Source: an uncultured Acidobacteriota bacterium
GTDB lineage: Bacteria > Acidobacteriota > Blastocatellia > RBC074
Length of the DNA stretch: 64,000 bases
NCBI GenBank assembly: GCA_963796275.1
Contig: CAWCKY010000007.1
Coordinates: 160,001-224,000 of the forward strand
Direction of reading: 5' to 3'
Shown here: positions 30,824-39,743 of the stretch, piece by piece
How positions within the stretch are numbered: the stretch's first letter is position 1
Layout: every line of letters starts with the position of its first letter
The notes under the pieces: model-generated
Seen by the model: only the letters and a program-made list of their open reading frames with translations
What the model was told of the DNA's origin: nothing
The model's database searches: none
Program-made: the position numbers and the translations under genes

Positions 30824-31476
30824 TGTCAAAAGAACGGGGCTTTTTACTGTGTGAAAATCCGGAACCGACGAAGTGGCAATTAATATCGCCCCTTCAGGGA
30901 AATTTATGGATTCTAGGCTGGCGAAGGATGCCGGAATACGAGATCGAGGGTGGAGTTCCCGATGAAGTCGCGGAGATTCTTGCCAAGTCATTGACGAGCA
31001 CGGCTCTGGTAACTTTTCCATCTATAGAATCATCCAGTGGTAATGGTGATTATGTGCGGAGAATTGAGGTCGGATTATTGGAATCGCTGGAATCCGCTTT
31101 TTTACGAACCCCCGGTTCTTTCAATATCATCTCTACGACCAGGCCCGAATCTGCCAAGCGCCTATTTAACGCGGGAGGCTTTCCGTGGGATATGCAGGGA
31201 CAGATCATTCTTCTCTGTCCTCGTGGGTCTCAACCGCCGGTGTTAGATAGAAACACTCTTTTCTCAATCATGAAGGATAACCTGAAAGCAGATTTCAATA
31301 TGCTTTCCTTAATAGGAGTTCAAGCGATAATTTATCCCGGAGTAGATGGAGACGTGGCCGGTATCTTGTCATCATCGCAGGCTTTTGAAAGTGAAGTGCT
31401 AAGGGCGATTGAATCTGAAGCGATTCGAAGTGGTTTCGGTTGGCAAGTAGTAGCTGAAGATGATTTCATCCTTTAG
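30823..31476 (+). CDS. Hypothetical acidic protein, candidate immunity partner
   Basis: Coupled to the upstream gene by a TAATG overlap, with the same atypical composition. Confidence 0.7.
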   Translation: MSKERGFLLCENPEPTKWQLISPLQGNLWILGWRRMPEYEIEGGVPDEVAEILAKSLTSTALVTFPSIESSSGNGDYVRRIEVGLLESLESAFLRTPGSFNIISTTRPESAKRLFNAGGFPWDMQGQIILLCPRGSQPPVLDRNTLFSIMKDNLKADFNMLSLIGVQAIIYPGVDGDVAGILSSSQAFESEVLRAIESEAIRSGFGWQVVAEDDFIL

Positions 31477-31580
31477 TTTCCCGTTGTTTCCCGCGAATCG
31501 GCTGCCGGACAGAAATTCTCAGTACGAATGTTTGGTATTCTCTCTTTCACCGGTGATGAGCCAGGCGGATCGACACACGC

Positions 31581-33071
31581 TCAGGAATAGATAAAGTAGA
31601 CGGTCGTGTTGCAATCGCGATTGACGTGGATGCGCACCCAATGTGCGCTGAATCCGTCGGGGAACTCGTGATGCGCATAGCCGGCGGCAGGGACTTCCAC
31701 CTCTTTGTACATCACCCAGCTTCCGTCTCCGACAAAATCGATCTCGATCTTGAACGTCACCGGCGCGTTGGCCTTATGACTGAGATGGATGACCTTCTTG
31801 TCGAATCCCGTCATCAAGAAGGGATCGGAGATTTCACCGGCCTTCACCTCGTGCTTGTGCCAGACGCCGCCCCAGCCCGCCGGCTTGCCCATCTTCCATA
31901 GGTCGTCTACCTGGCCGAACCACAGCCCTGATTGCGGCTGGCCGTAGCTCCGATCGGTCTGGTCACCAGCCAGCACAAATAATCCGCGCCAATAACAGAA
32001 ATCCGGGATCAGCCGCAGATGTGAGGCGATGGGGCGAATCGGCAGAATCTTTCCGTCGTAGATCTGCGCGGGCAGTTCGTAAAAAATCCCGTGCGCGTCC
32101 ATCAGGTACCGTTCAGTCTGCGCCTCGCGGATGCGCATCCATTCGGTGTTCCACGCGTGATCGAATGTCTGCGCGCCTTTGGGCAGACGGTAGGTGAGCC
32201 ATTTGTCTCCGGCGAAGACTTTCAAGATGGCCGAAGCCTGATCCCAGCCCGTGGCCAGGATGGGATTGCCGTAATCCCGCGCGTACCAGTGTTTGCCCGA
32301 GACCTCTACGAAGGGTTTGCGCTCCAGGACCGTCCACTTCTTGCCGTCCCATTCGGCCAGCCTTCCGGCGGCGCGCATCCCCAGGTAATCGGCTTCGTAG
32401 TATGAGTTGTTGGCGACGACGACGCGGCCCAGCGCAGAATAGCCGCCCTTGAAATGCACTTGCGCCGATTTGGGTATGTCGAGCTCCTTGACCAGGTCGA
32501 AGAGCAATTTCGCCTCCAACGTCTTCACGTCCACTTCATAGAACAGCCCTTCCATCGTCAGGAAGTAGACCTTGCCTTGCGGATCTGTCAGGTGACCCAT
32601 GGTCGCCGTAGTGCGTTGGTTCTTGAGCGCCTCGATCGTCCGCACGGTGCCTCTGGTATCGATCGCGTGCGGGCCGATGAACGCCTGATCCGATGGGTTG
32701 TGGATGTAGCGGTTGGTGAAGGTGCCGACGACGCTTGCCGGGTGCTTTTGCATCTTCATCTGCTCGTCGAGAAAGAAGAGCCCCAGCCGCTCGTCTTCGC
32801 CTCTGATGTGCGCGACATAGGAGATGAGCCACAGGCGATTGGCCCACGGCAACAGAGCGCCGATCCCGGCTTCGCTGCGATCCTTGTGACCGGCCACGAC
32901 GCTGATCGATGGGAAAACGCCGTTGATCTGAATCGGCGGTTCGTCGGCTTTCCCTGCAGGCTTTGGCGCTTCGGACTTCAGCGGTTCGTACTTCGGTTCT
33001 TGCGCGATCGCCGGCAGGCTCAACAAGAGCGCTGCCGCAATGGTCAACATTATTTTCATCATTTTCACCAT
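31581..33071 (-). CDS. Secreted hypothetical protein, beta-rich (possible propeller)
   Basis: Long ORF with host-like codon usage and signal peptide (LTIAAALLLSLPAIAQ); family not recognised. Confidence 0.8.
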   Translation of the reverse strand: MVKMMKIMLTIAAALLLSLPAIAQEPKYEPLKSEAPKPAGKADEPPIQINGVFPSISVVAGHKDRSEAGIGALLPWANRLWLISYVAHIRGEDERLGLFFLDEQMKMQKHPASVVGTFTNRYIHNPSDQAFIGPHAIDTRGTVRTIEALKNQRTTATMGHLTDPQGKVYFLTMEGLFYEVDVKTLEAKLLFDLVKELDIPKSAQVHFKGGYSALGRVVVANNSYYEADYLGMRAAGRLAEWDGKKWTVLERKPFVEVSGKHWYARDYGNPILATGWDQASAILKVFAGDKWLTYRLPKGAQTFDHAWNTEWMRIREAQTERYLMDAHGIFYELPAQIYDGKILPIRPIASHLRLIPDFCYWRGLFVLAGDQTDRSYGQPQSGLWFGQVDDLWKMGKPAGWGGVWHKHEVKAGEISDPFLMTGFDKKVIHLSHKANAPVTFKIEIDFVGDGSWVMYKEVEVPAAGYAHHEFPDGFSAHWVRIHVNRDCNTTVYFIYS

Positions 33072-33395
33072 CAAAATTTGATAGAAAAATCGTGAACACG
33101 CTGGCAGGCATCAATTCGACTTCGATCTTCTCCGTCTCGGCTTCCCGCCTGAGCTTGGCCCGCTCGGTGCTGTCCCACGCCAATGGCCTGGGAGGACGAT
33201 CAACAGGCTCGTCATCCGTTACTGGACGCACGAGCAACCAATAGTTACCCGGCGCAAGGTTGGTCAATACGAAAGTACCATCATTATTCATCAACTCTAT
33301 TCATCAACACTTCAGCGTAACGCAAAATGTCATTTGCAAAGGCTGCATCGACAGGCACCAGATGCGCGCGTAATCGCGAACGCAAACCTGCGCCT
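33071..33395 (-). pseudogene. C-terminal remnant of a carboxypeptidase-regulatory-like domain protein
   Basis: Reads RLRAHLVPVDAAFANDILRYAEVLMN / NDGTFVLTNLAPGNYWLLVRP...EKIEVELMP / CQRVHDFSIKF*. It is broken by a 13-nt tandem duplication (about 33285-33310) and a 1-nt deletion (about 33105), and has no N-terminus. Confidence 0.65.
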
Positions 33396-33773
33396 ATGAA
33401 ATGACGTTATCGATCAAGGAGTAAATACTCTGTAAATTTAAGATTTTTGAAATTGCTGTGGCCCGCGAAGCGGTCTATAACAATATCAAATAACTTAGTT
33501 TACAGAATAGTAAAACTGTTGCGATAGAGGCATTCTATGAGCAGTCGCAATATCCTGGCAACAGAACCGCAAACTGTCGAGCTGAGGTTTCTATATACAA
33601 CCTTTCGGTCGGAGTATGGTTGGCGCCCGCCTGATCGGTTGCATACGCTCACCGTACTGCACCGCCATGTGTCAGTATTTTGTCTGATTTGATTGATATT
33701 CTCTTAAATTCAGGAGTGTTTATTGCCAGCAAGCTGTATAATTCGCCAAAATTTTTGTTGTTAAAAAATCTTC

Positions 33774-35702
33774 GTGCTCAAATTTATGAATAGATCAAAA
33801 CGCCACGGCTGCTCATTCCGTAAATCTGAAGTCGCCCGGCTGATCGGCGCATTGCTCGGAATGGCGCTGCTCTGCATCGTGGTGCTCGGACAATCGCGCG
33901 ATTCCAGGCCCATCTCCCTGCACCCCGAAAATCCGCATTATTTCTTGTGGCGAGGGAAGCCGACAATCCTGATCACATCCGGCGAGCATTACGGTGCGGT
34001 CCTCAACCGCGACTTCAATTATGTAGCTTACCTAGATGCGCTAGCTAAAGACGGCCTCAACAATACTCGGACCTTCACCGGCATATACGCGGAAACGATC
34101 GGCAACTTCAATATTACGGATAATACGCTTGCTCCCGCGCCGAACCGCTTAATCTGTCCATGGGCGCGTAGCGGTGAACCGGGCTATGCTGGCGGCGGTA
34201 ATAAATTCGATCTGACCAAATGGGATGAGCGCTACATCGATCGCCTGCGCGACTTCGTAGCCAAAGCCGGTGAACGCGGCATCGTTGTGGAGGTGAATCT
34301 TTTTTGCCCGTTCTACCAGGATTCGATGTGGAGCATCAGTCCCATGAATGCGCGCAACAACATCAACAAGGTCGGCAATGTTGAGCGCGCGCATGTCTAC
34401 ACGCTCGATAAGCATGGCGGGCTGTTGCCGGTTCAGGAAGCGGTGACGAGAAAAATTGTGGCAGAGCTGAAAGAGTTCGATAATGTCTACTACGAAATTT
34501 GCAACGAACCGTATGCCGGTGGAGTGACGTTGGAATGGCAGCGCCGCATTGCCGATGTGATTACGGACGCGCAGAAGGATTTTCCGCACAAATTCCTTAT
34601 CTCGCAGAACATCGCCAACGGGTCGCAAAAGATCGCAGACCCTCACCCGGCGGTTTCGATATTCAACTTCCACTACGCGGTTCCCCCCGAAGCAGTGGCG
34701 CTCAATTACGGCCTCAACAAAGTCATCGGCGACAATGAGACGGGCTTCCGCGGCACGGGCGACGATCCGTACCGGATGGAAGCGTGGGACTTCATAATTG
34801 CGGGTGGTGCTCTCTCCAACAACCTCGATTACTCATTTACGGTCGAACATCCGGGTGGGACGTGGACTGACCTGCCATCGTCGATGCCCGGAGGCGGCGG
34901 ACCGGCGCTGCGCCGGCAGCTCAGATTACTGAAGGAATTCATCTCCGGTTTCGATTTCATCCGGATGAAGCCCGATGATCGTGTGGTTCTGGGCGGCGTG
35001 CCGGCGGCAATGACGGCGCGTGCCCTGGTCGAGCGCGGTAAAGCATACGCGATCTACCTCCGCACAATCCCGCTGCCGAATCGATTCTCCGCCAGATGGA
35101 CAGGCTATGTTACGCCGCGCCATTCGGGAGAGCACACGTTCCACACGCTATCGAAGGATCGCGTTCGGCTGTGGGTGGACGAACAGCTGATTATCGATAA
35201 TTGGACGGATCACAGTCAGAACGAGGATTGGGGAGCGATCAGACTGGAGGCGGGGCGCAAATACCCGATCCGAGTGGAATATTTTCACAAAGGCGGTACG
35301 GGCGTGATGAAACTCGCCTGGTCGAGCGAGTCGTTGCCGAAAGAGCCGATCCCATCCGCCGTACTGACCGAGCCCGATGGAAGTGGGCCGGGGTTGAATG
35401 GCGAATATTTCGCGGAGCAACCGAGTGGGCCGAAAATGGAACGCCTCCTCTTCGAGCGAACTGATCCGGCGATCGATTTCGATTGGGATGTGAAGTCGCT
35501 CTCAGCCACGAAATCGATCCAGACCGGGCCGGCGTTGGAGATCGCATTACCCGCCGGGTGTTACCGGGCCGAGTGGGTAGATACAAAATCCGGCGAGGTT
35601 ATCAAGCGTGACAACTTCAAACATGGCGACGGCGCGTGGCGGGCAAAATTTCCTGACTTTATGAACGATATCGCGCTCCGTATGCGCGTCTGTGTCGAGT
35701 AA
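33774..35702 (+). CDS. Secreted clan GH-A (GH5-like) glycoside hydrolase with an inserted PA14 domain
   Basis: Motifs LHPENPHYF, YEICNEP (acid/base-like), GDNETG (nucleophile-like); PA14 motifs FSARWTG, VRLWVD, IRVEYF. Confidence 0.8.
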   Translation: MLKFMNRSKRHGCSFRKSEVARLIGALLGMALLCIVVLGQSRDSRPISLHPENPHYFLWRGKPTILITSGEHYGAVLNRDFNYVAYLDALAKDGLNNTRTFTGIYAETIGNFNITDNTLAPAPNRLICPWARSGEPGYAGGGNKFDLTKWDERYIDRLRDFVAKAGERGIVVEVNLFCPFYQDSMWSISPMNARNNINKVGNVERAHVYTLDKHGGLLPVQEAVTRKIVAELKEFDNVYYEICNEPYAGGVTLEWQRRIADVITDAQKDFPHKFLISQNIANGSQKIADPHPAVSIFNFHYAVPPEAVALNYGLNKVIGDNETGFRGTGDDPYRMEAWDFIIAGGALSNNLDYSFTVEHPGGTWTDLPSSMPGGGGPALRRQLRLLKEFISGFDFIRMKPDDRVVLGGVPAAMTARALVERGKAYAIYLRTIPLPNRFSARWTGYVTPRHSGEHTFHTLSKDRVRLWVDEQLIIDNWTDHSQNEDWGAIRLEAGRKYPIRVEYFHKGGTGVMKLAWSSESLPKEPIPSAVLTEPDGSGPGLNGEYFAEQPSGPKMERLLFERTDPAIDFDWDVKSLSATKSIQTGPALEIALPAGCYRAEWVDTKSGEVIKRDNFKHGDGAWRAKFPDFMNDIALRMRVCVE

Positions 35703-35892
35703 TCAATCTAAAGGATACCCAGTGAGAATCGCGATTTAGGAGGCGTCGGAGGATCTGCGCTTATCGGCGGCCCCGGGCATCGGCTTCCTTCCCGCGTCTT
35801 TTATTGGCGGAACATAGATATCGGCGTCGTGTTGGTGGCGGCTGTCGTGCTGGGCACCGCTTTCAACCGCCGTTCGCGAAGCTGAAGGGAAA

Positions 35893-36021
35893 AATAATGA
35901 GGACAATGGAACTCGGGTCGCTGGCGTCGGCATTGCGTACGGAATTCACTACGACATTGACGCCGACGGCGACTTCGACATTCTCAACCTGACCCTGGAT
36001 AACGAATGCGACGAGTGTTGA
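35893..36021 (+). pseudogene. Short FG-GAP/CRTAC1-like gene remnant
   Basis: A frame without a start codon reads NNEDNGTRVAGVGIAYGIHYDIDADGDFDILNLTLDNE, resembling [32 protein letters not shown] of the CRTAC1 gene downstream. Confidence 0.45.
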
Positions 36022-36071
36022 CGCGGGGGCTCAGTCGCCGCACGATACCGCGCATTCGCAAGGAGATATAA

Positions 36072-39000
36072 ATGTTTAAAAAAATCACCTGGCTGATACC
36101 TTCACTTTTGTGCCTGACTCTCTTGCATGTTTCGTATGCGCAGAGCGACCGTGGCACAATCACCGGCACGATCAACGATCCGGACGGCGCGTTGATACCG
36201 AACGCAACGGTCATCGCCACGAGCGCCGGGTCGCAGACCGAGTATAAGACTCAAAGCACCGAGACCGGCAACTACACGTTGGCTTCGCTTCCCGCCGGGA
36301 CTTATAGCCTGCGAGTAGAGGCGGCTGGATTTCGGATCCACATCCGCAACGGCATCACTGTACAGGTGGCGCAGACGGCTCGTATCGATGTGATGATGCA
36401 GGTCGGCGGCACCAGCGACACGGTTACCGTCACCGCTGATGCCTCTCTCCTGCGCACAGAATCGGTCGAGCAGAGTACGGTCTTGAACGGCGACAAGGTC
36501 AACCAGTTGCCGCTCAACTTCGCCAATAATGGCGTGCGCAACCCCCTTTCGTTCTTACAGCTCGCGCCCGGCACGACTATTACGGGCTGGAATACCGTCC
36601 GCGTAAACGGCAGTCCCAACGGGACGTTCCGCGTGATCTTCGAGGGGCAGGACACGACCAGCGCGCTCGATCCACGATTGTTCAATGAATTGCAGCCGAC
36701 TCTGGACGCCATCGAAGAGTTCACCGTGCAAGCGAATAACTTTTCCGCCGAATTCGGCCAGGTGGGCGGCGGTCTGCTCAACTTCACCGCACGGTCCGGG
36801 ACGAACCGATTCACTGGTTCGATCTATGATTATCTGAATAACGAAGCGCTCAACGCCGCGCCGACCTTCGCGCCATTTGACGCCCAGGGCAAAAAAGCTA
36901 AGACGAAAATTCGCCAGCACGATTTCGGCGGGACTTTCGGCGGGCCGGTCTGGCTTCCTCACCTTTACGACGGGCGCGACAAAACATTCTTCTTCTTCTC
37001 GTCAGAGGTCTACCATCAGAAGGACAATCGCTTCAACGGCTTCGGCACGATACCGACGGCGGACTTCCGCAACGGGGATTTCAGCCAACTGCTGACGGGG
37101 AAACTACTCGAAAACCCAACGGGCGTCCCTGCTCAGGGCGTCCCTGCTCTGGACCTTCTGGGCCGCAACATTCCGGAAGGAACGATTTACGATCCGGCAA
37201 CTACACGGGAGGTCACGGCCGGGCAGATCGATCCGGTCACCGGGATCACCGCTCAAGTCACTGGGATTGTACGCGACCCGTTCCCCGGCAACAGGATTCC
37301 AGTGGGCCGTTTCGACCCGATCGCAGCTAAGATTCAAGGCCTCTTCCCTGGGGTCGATCCAAAATACGCCAACCTGCTCACTAACAACTTCGAGCGGCGC
37401 TTCGACTATCGCCGCATTGAACAGATTTACAGTTGGAAGGTGGATCACAATCTCACGAGCAATGCCAAGCTGTCGGTCTATGTTGGTATGCAACGCACAC
37501 GCAAAGATAACGGGCAGGACGGCTTGCCCGACCCGATCTCCAAGCGCCGCGATCAGCCGATCACCAGCAAGACGATCCGCATCAACTATGACCATACGCT
37601 GCGTCCCACGCTGCTGAATCACTTCGGAGTCGGCTATCAGCGTTATTACAATCCCGATACAACGCCGATCACAGAATATGATTCCATCAGTGAATTGGGA
37701 CTGCCGGGCGCCGTAGTCAATGGCTTCCCGCGTTTCCTCGCGCTCGGCTCAATGGACGATTTGGGCCCGACCAACTATCAACTTTACACACAGGACAAGC
37801 CTACCTTTTACGAGAATCTGACCTGGATTCACGGCAACCACTCGACCAAGTTCGGCGGTGAATTCCGCATCGACACGTTCAACAATCTGGCCAATAACGG
37901 GGCTACCGGCAACTACACGTTCTCAGGCGCACAAACTGCATTACCGCATCTGCAAGATACGACGATTGGGGGCCGCAGTATCGGATCGAACTACGCCAGC
38001 TATTTGCTCGGTCTTGTCAGCAGCGCCAGTATCAACAATCCAACCTCGGTGGGATTTCGCCGTTCGACCTGGGCTGCGTTCATCCAGGACGATTGGAAGT
38101 TTCGGCCGCGCCTGACCCTCAATCTGGGATTGAGGTACGACTATCAGAACCCTCTGAACGAGCTGCATGACCGCTTATCGATGTTCGATCCGTCGCTCGC
38201 CAATCCGGCGGCGGGCGGTTTGAATGGTGCGACGCGCTTTATCGGCGACGGGGAAGGGCGCTGCAATTGCGGTTTCACTAAGACCTATCCGTGGGCCTTC
38301 GCGCCGCGGCTCGGCGCCGCATGGTCAATCAATGACAAGACTGTACTGAGGGTGGGTTGGGGCATCACCTATGGACAGTTGAGTGGTTTCAGCTACATCG
38401 GTGCGGGGCAATCGCTCGGCTACGGCTTCAACTCGATCAACTTCGGCACGCCAGCGTTTGGCGAGCGGGCGTTTTTCCTGAACCAGGGGTTGAATTACAA
38501 CGCTGAGAATTTATACAGGCTGATCCTCAATCCCGGAATCAGGCCTTCCCCCGGGCAAATCGATAATCCGCCCGCGATGCTCGACCCTAATGCCGGCAGG
38601 CCGCCTCGTTTGAATAACTGGGTAATCAATCTGCAGCGCGAGTTCGGCAGGAACCTGGTGGTTGAGGTCGCTTACGTCGGGAATCGCGGCGTGTGGTTCG
38701 AAGCCAATGGCCTGGTCAACCTCAATGCCATTCGGCCGGAGGACTTGCTCAAACGCGGTCTGGACGTGACGAGAGCCGAGGATCGTGCCGTGCTGAATTC
38801 ACAATTGGGCTCCGATTTAGCCAGATCGCGCGGCTTCAATGCGCCGTACGCGGGCTTCCCGCTCACGGCGACGGTAGCGCAGAGCTTGCGTCCATTCCCG
38901 CAATTCGGCAATTTGGGAGTCGATCTGGCGCCGCTGGGCAACACCTGGTATGACTCACTGCAGGTCAAAGCGACCAAGCGCCTGGCGAGCGGTCTGGATT

Positions 39001-39719
39001 TCACCTTCGCCTACACATTCTCAAAGACCATGACAACGGTCGTGGAACAAGGCGGCGGAACGATTCGGGTCAACGACGTGTTCAATCGCGCAGCGATCAA
39101 AGCCATATCGCCCAACGACCAGCCGCACGTGCTCGTCGCTAATTTCCGTTATGAAGTTCCGGTACTCGGATTGGCACAGCGCAGCGGCCTGGCACGCGCC
39201 ATGTTGGCGGGGTGGAACGTGAGCGGCATCTTCCGTTACGCCAGCGGGGAACCGATCCCCGTGCCGAATGCGCAGAACAACCTGTCACAGCTCCTGTTCC
39301 GTGGATCGTTTGCCAACCGGGTGCAGGGACAGCCGCTGTTTACCAAAGATTTAAACTGCGGTTGCATTGACCCGAGCCAAGACCTGGTTTTGAATCCTGC
39401 CGCCTGGAGCGATCCGGCTCCCGGAACCTTCGGCGTTTCGGCGCCTTACTATACGGATTATCGCTTCGCGCGCGTTTACGATGAGAGTATGAGCTTTGGC
39501 AAGGTGACCAGGTTTCGCGAACGTATGAGCTTAGAATTCCGCGTGGAGTTCTTCAACATCTTCAATCGCGTGCGGTTGAACGGCCCTTCCAATGACAACG
39601 CCCTGGCGACGACTCGTTTCGTCAACGGGATACTCAATTCCGGGTTCGGACGGATTGACAACGGCAACACGGCCAGCGCACCACGGAGCGGGCAGATCGC
39701 GTTGCGGCTGCGGTTCTGA
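36072..39719 (+). CDS. TonB-dependent receptor
   Basis: AQSDRGTITG start, NNFSAEFG, FIQDDWK...LTLNLGLRYD, C-terminal QIALRLRF. Confidence 0.94.
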   Translation: MFKKITWLIPSLLCLTLLHVSYAQSDRGTITGTINDPDGALIPNATVIATSAGSQTEYKTQSTETGNYTLASLPAGTYSLRVEAAGFRIHIRNGITVQVAQTARIDVMMQVGGTSDTVTVTADASLLRTESVEQSTVLNGDKVNQLPLNFANNGVRNPLSFLQLAPGTTITGWNTVRVNGSPNGTFRVIFEGQDTTSALDPRLFNELQPTLDAIEEFTVQANNFSAEFGQVGGGLLNFTARSGTNRFTGSIYDYLNNEALNAAPTFAPFDAQGKKAKTKIRQHDFGGTFGGPVWLPHLYDGRDKTFFFFSSEVYHQKDNRFNGFGTIPTADFRNGDFSQLLTGKLLENPTGVPAQGVPALDLLGRNIPEGTIYDPATTREVTAGQIDPVTGITAQVTGIVRDPFPGNRIPVGRFDPIAAKIQGLFPGVDPKYANLLTNNFERRFDYRRIEQIYSWKVDHNLTSNAKLSVYVGMQRTRKDNGQDGLPDPISKRRDQPITSKTIRINYDHTLRPTLLNHFGVGYQRYYNPDTTPITEYDSISELGLPGAVVNGFPRFLALGSMDDLGPTNYQLYTQDKPTFYENLTWIHGNHSTKFGGEFRIDTFNNLANNGATGNYTFSGAQTALPHLQDTTIGGRSIGSNYASYLLGLVSSASINNPTSVGFRRSTWAAFIQDDWKFRPRLTLNLGLRYDYQNPLNELHDRLSMFDPSLANPAAGGLNGATRFIGDGEGRCNCGFTKTYPWAFAPRLGAAWSINDKTVLRVGWGITYGQLSGFSYIGAGQSLGYGFNSINFGTPAFGERAFFLNQGLNYNAENLYRLILNPGIRPSPGQIDNPPAMLDPNAGRPPRLNNWVINLQREFGRNLVVEVAYVGNRGVWFEANGLVNLNAIRPEDLLKRGLDVTRAEDRAVLNSQLGSDLARSRGFNAPYAGFPLTATVAQSLRPFPQFGNLGVDLAPLGNTWYDSLQVKATKRLASGLDFTFAYTFSKTMTTVVEQGGGTIRVNDVFNRAAIKAISPNDQPHVLVANFRYEVPVLGLAQRSGLARAMLAGWNVSGIFRYASGEPIPVPNAQNNLSQLLFRGSFANRVQGQPLFTKDLNCGCIDPSQDLVLNPAAWSDPAPGTFGVSAPYYTDYRFARVYDESMSFGKVTRFRERMSLEFRVEFFNIFNRVRLNGPSNDNALATTRFVNGILNSGFGRIDNGNTASAPRSGQIALRLRF

Positions 39720-39743
39720 TAGGAACAACAGCATATGGCATAA

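Noticed and set aside
32536-33294. 252-aa ORF in the track
   Set aside because: Chimera of a pseudogene fragment and out-of-frame read-through into the 496-aa gene.
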